NCBI GenBank assembly: GCA_045863295.1
Contig: BTWA01000028.1
Coordinates: 1-64,000 of the forward strand
Reading direction: 5' to 3'
From: Candidatus Hydrogenedentota bacterium
GTDB taxonomy: Bacteria > Hydrogenedentota > Hydrogenedentia > Hydrogenedentales > SLHB01
Length of the DNA stretch: 64,000 nucleotides
The notes under the pieces: model-generated
What the model was told of the DNA's origin: nothing
The model's input: only the letters and a program-made list of their open reading frames with translations
The model's database searches: none
In this document: positions 62,449 to 64,000 of the stretch, one piece after another
Numbering within the stretch: position 1 is the first letter of the stretch
Layout of the letters: each line of letters starts with the position of its first letter
Program-made: the position numbers and the translations under genes

Positions 62449-63444
62449 ATGCACATGAAAATAGGTGTTTGCATCGTACTCGCGGGCATGATGGCGGGAT
62501 GCGGCGGGCAGTCCCCTGCGGGAAATGAACCTTCGCAGTCTTCGCAGCCAGTTTCGCCCACCGCGGACACGGTCAAGGTGGCTTTCGTCACTAACAACCC
62601 CTCAGACTTCTGGAAGATTGCCGAAGCCGGTACCCGGAAAGCCTCCGAGGAATTGGGGTGCGAGGTGGAGTTTCGGGTACCTCCCAATGGCACGGCGCAG
62701 GAACAGCAGTCCATTCTTGAGGATCTCGTTACCCGGGGTATCGACGGCATTGCCATCAGCCCGAAAGATCCCGTGAATCAAACGTCCATGCTCAACGCAG
62801 CGGCGGCCAAGGTGCCGTTGGTGACGCAGGACTCCGACGCGCCTGACAGCGACCGCATCTGCTATATCGGCACAGACAATTACGAAGCGGGTATTGCCGC
62901 GGGAGGACTCATCAAGCGCGCCCTCCCGGAAGGCGGAAAGATCATGTTGTTTGTGGGCACGTTGGATGCTCAAAACGCACAGGATCGCAAGCGTGGAATC
63001 GAGGAAGCGTTGAAGGGGTCCAACATCACGATTGTCGACACGCGCACTGACGAAACCGATCGCGTAAAGGCGATCAACAACGTTCAGGACGCGCTCGTAT
63101 CGACGCCCGATTTGGTGGGAATGGTCGGTCTTTGGAGTTATAACGGCCCGGCGATTCTGAATGGCGTACGCGATTCGCGCAAACTGGGCCGAGTAAAAAT
63201 CATCTGCTTCGACGAGGAAGAGGAAACGCTCCAAGGCGTAAAGGACGGCCATATCGCGGGAACTATTGTGCAGCAGCCGTTCGAGTTTGGCTATCAATCA
63301 GTTAAATTGCTGGTGCAGTTGGCGGCGGGTGATCAATCCGGAGTTCCGGAATCGAAACAGCTGGTCATACCGGTAAAGACAATTACCCAGGAAAACTTGG
63401 AAGCGTTTTGGAGCGAACTCAAGCAACAGACGGGCAAAGCGTGA
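62449..63444 (+). CDS. sugar ABC transporter substrate-binding lipoprotein (RbsB-like fold)
   Basis: MAGC lipobox; DFW, DSDAP, YIGTDNYEAG, CFDE, VQQPFEFGY. Confidence 0.92.
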   Translation: MHMKIGVCIVLAGMMAGCGGQSPAGNEPSQSSQPVSPTADTVKVAFVTNNPSDFWKIAEAGTRKASEELGCEVEFRVPPNGTAQEQQSILEDLVTRGIDGIAISPKDPVNQTSMLNAAAAKVPLVTQDSDAPDSDRICYIGTDNYEAGIAAGGLIKRALPEGGKIMLFVGTLDAQNAQDRKRGIEEALKGSNITIVDTRTDETDRVKAINNVQDALVSTPDLVGMVGLWSYNGPAILNGVRDSRKLGRVKIICFDEEEETLQGVKDGHIAGTIVQQPFEFGYQSVKLLVQLAAGDQSGVPESKQLVIPVKTITQENLEAFWSELKQQTGKA

Positions 63445-64000
63445 GAAAGTCAGTCGGCTTGACAGGTTTCTTGGCTGTCTTGGTGGCAGGTACTATCGCC
63501 TGGGAACTGGCCACAACGGGTAGAACGACCTTTCTCACAGCTGAGAATGGTAAGAATCTGCTGACGCTAGTTGGGCTTTACGGTATTTTGAGCCTCGGCC
63601 AGTCGATCGTCATTATCACCGGGGGTATCGATCTTTCCGTCGGCAGTCTGGTTTGCCTTGCGGGGTCTTGCGCTGCTTTATGGATGGACAAGGGAGACGG
63701 GACTTCACCCTACATTGCTATCCCCGCGGTCCTATTCCTGTGCGCTGGCGTGGGCCTATGGCACGGCGTACTCATCACTAAAGCGCGCATGCAACCATTC
63801 GTGGTTACACTTTGCAGCCTTTTCTTCCTGCGTGGGTTTGCGCGGTTGATCACAGAGGACGGCACACAAGGGTTTGGCAGCGCGTTCGAAGGGTTGCGCT
63901 GGCTGGGCGGCGGTTCAATTTACGATCTTATTGGCGGCCGTGCCGACGGCATGGTACCCCCGCCCGAAAGTTTCATTCACATAGCCATGGACCTGATGCC
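63441..64000 (+). CDS. sugar ABC transporter permease (RbsC-like), truncated at window end
   Basis: GTGA overlap with SBP; hand translation gives VIITGGIDLSVGS and QPFVVTL. Confidence 0.88.
   Translation, partial: MRKSVGLTGFLAVLVAGTIAWELATTGRTTFLTAENGKNLLTLVGLYGILSLGQSIVIITGGIDLSVGSLVCLAGSCAALWMDKGDGTSPYIAIPAVLFLCAGVGLWHGVLITKARMQPFVVTLCSLFFLRGFARLITEDGTQGFGSAFEGLRWLGGGSIYDLIGGRADGMVPPPESFIHIAMDLM

Overview
Gene-dense, GC-rich bacterial chromosomal window with about 55 CDS. No rRNA, tRNA, CRISPR array, transposase or phage gene was recognised. The content (DUF1080 pair, sulfatase, BNR sialidase, zinc-ribbon proteins, kinase with an FGE-like domain, redoxin-cytochrome c-monooxygenase fusion) suggests a PVC-like or Hydrogenedentes-like heterotroph, which is inference only. 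Housekeeping and metabolic genes include rlmB, a class I DAHP synthase, 2-oxoacid:ferredoxin oxidoreductase alpha/beta, xylA, oppDF-like ATPases, ruvAB, an mtlD-like gene, E2/E3 dehydrogenase subunits, ppdK, rpiA and rpmG (missing from the ORF track). The main candidates for new biology are: (1) an overlapping four-gene operon (43165-47305) of a C39-like papain peptidase, an RLAN-RimK ATP-grasp ligase, a GCS2-type carboxylate-amine ligase and an N-formylglutamate amidohydrolase-like enzyme, i.e. two ligases plus two hydrolases with unknown product; (2) the divergent redoxin/CxxCH/PHM-like copper monooxygenase fusion; (3) a structured leader with terminator/antiterminator geometry upstream of rpiA; (4) a nucleotidyltransferase/small-protein pair with a mutated GG motif; (5) a styrene-oxide-isomerase-like membrane protein. 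All calls come from motif recognition by eye and no searches were run.
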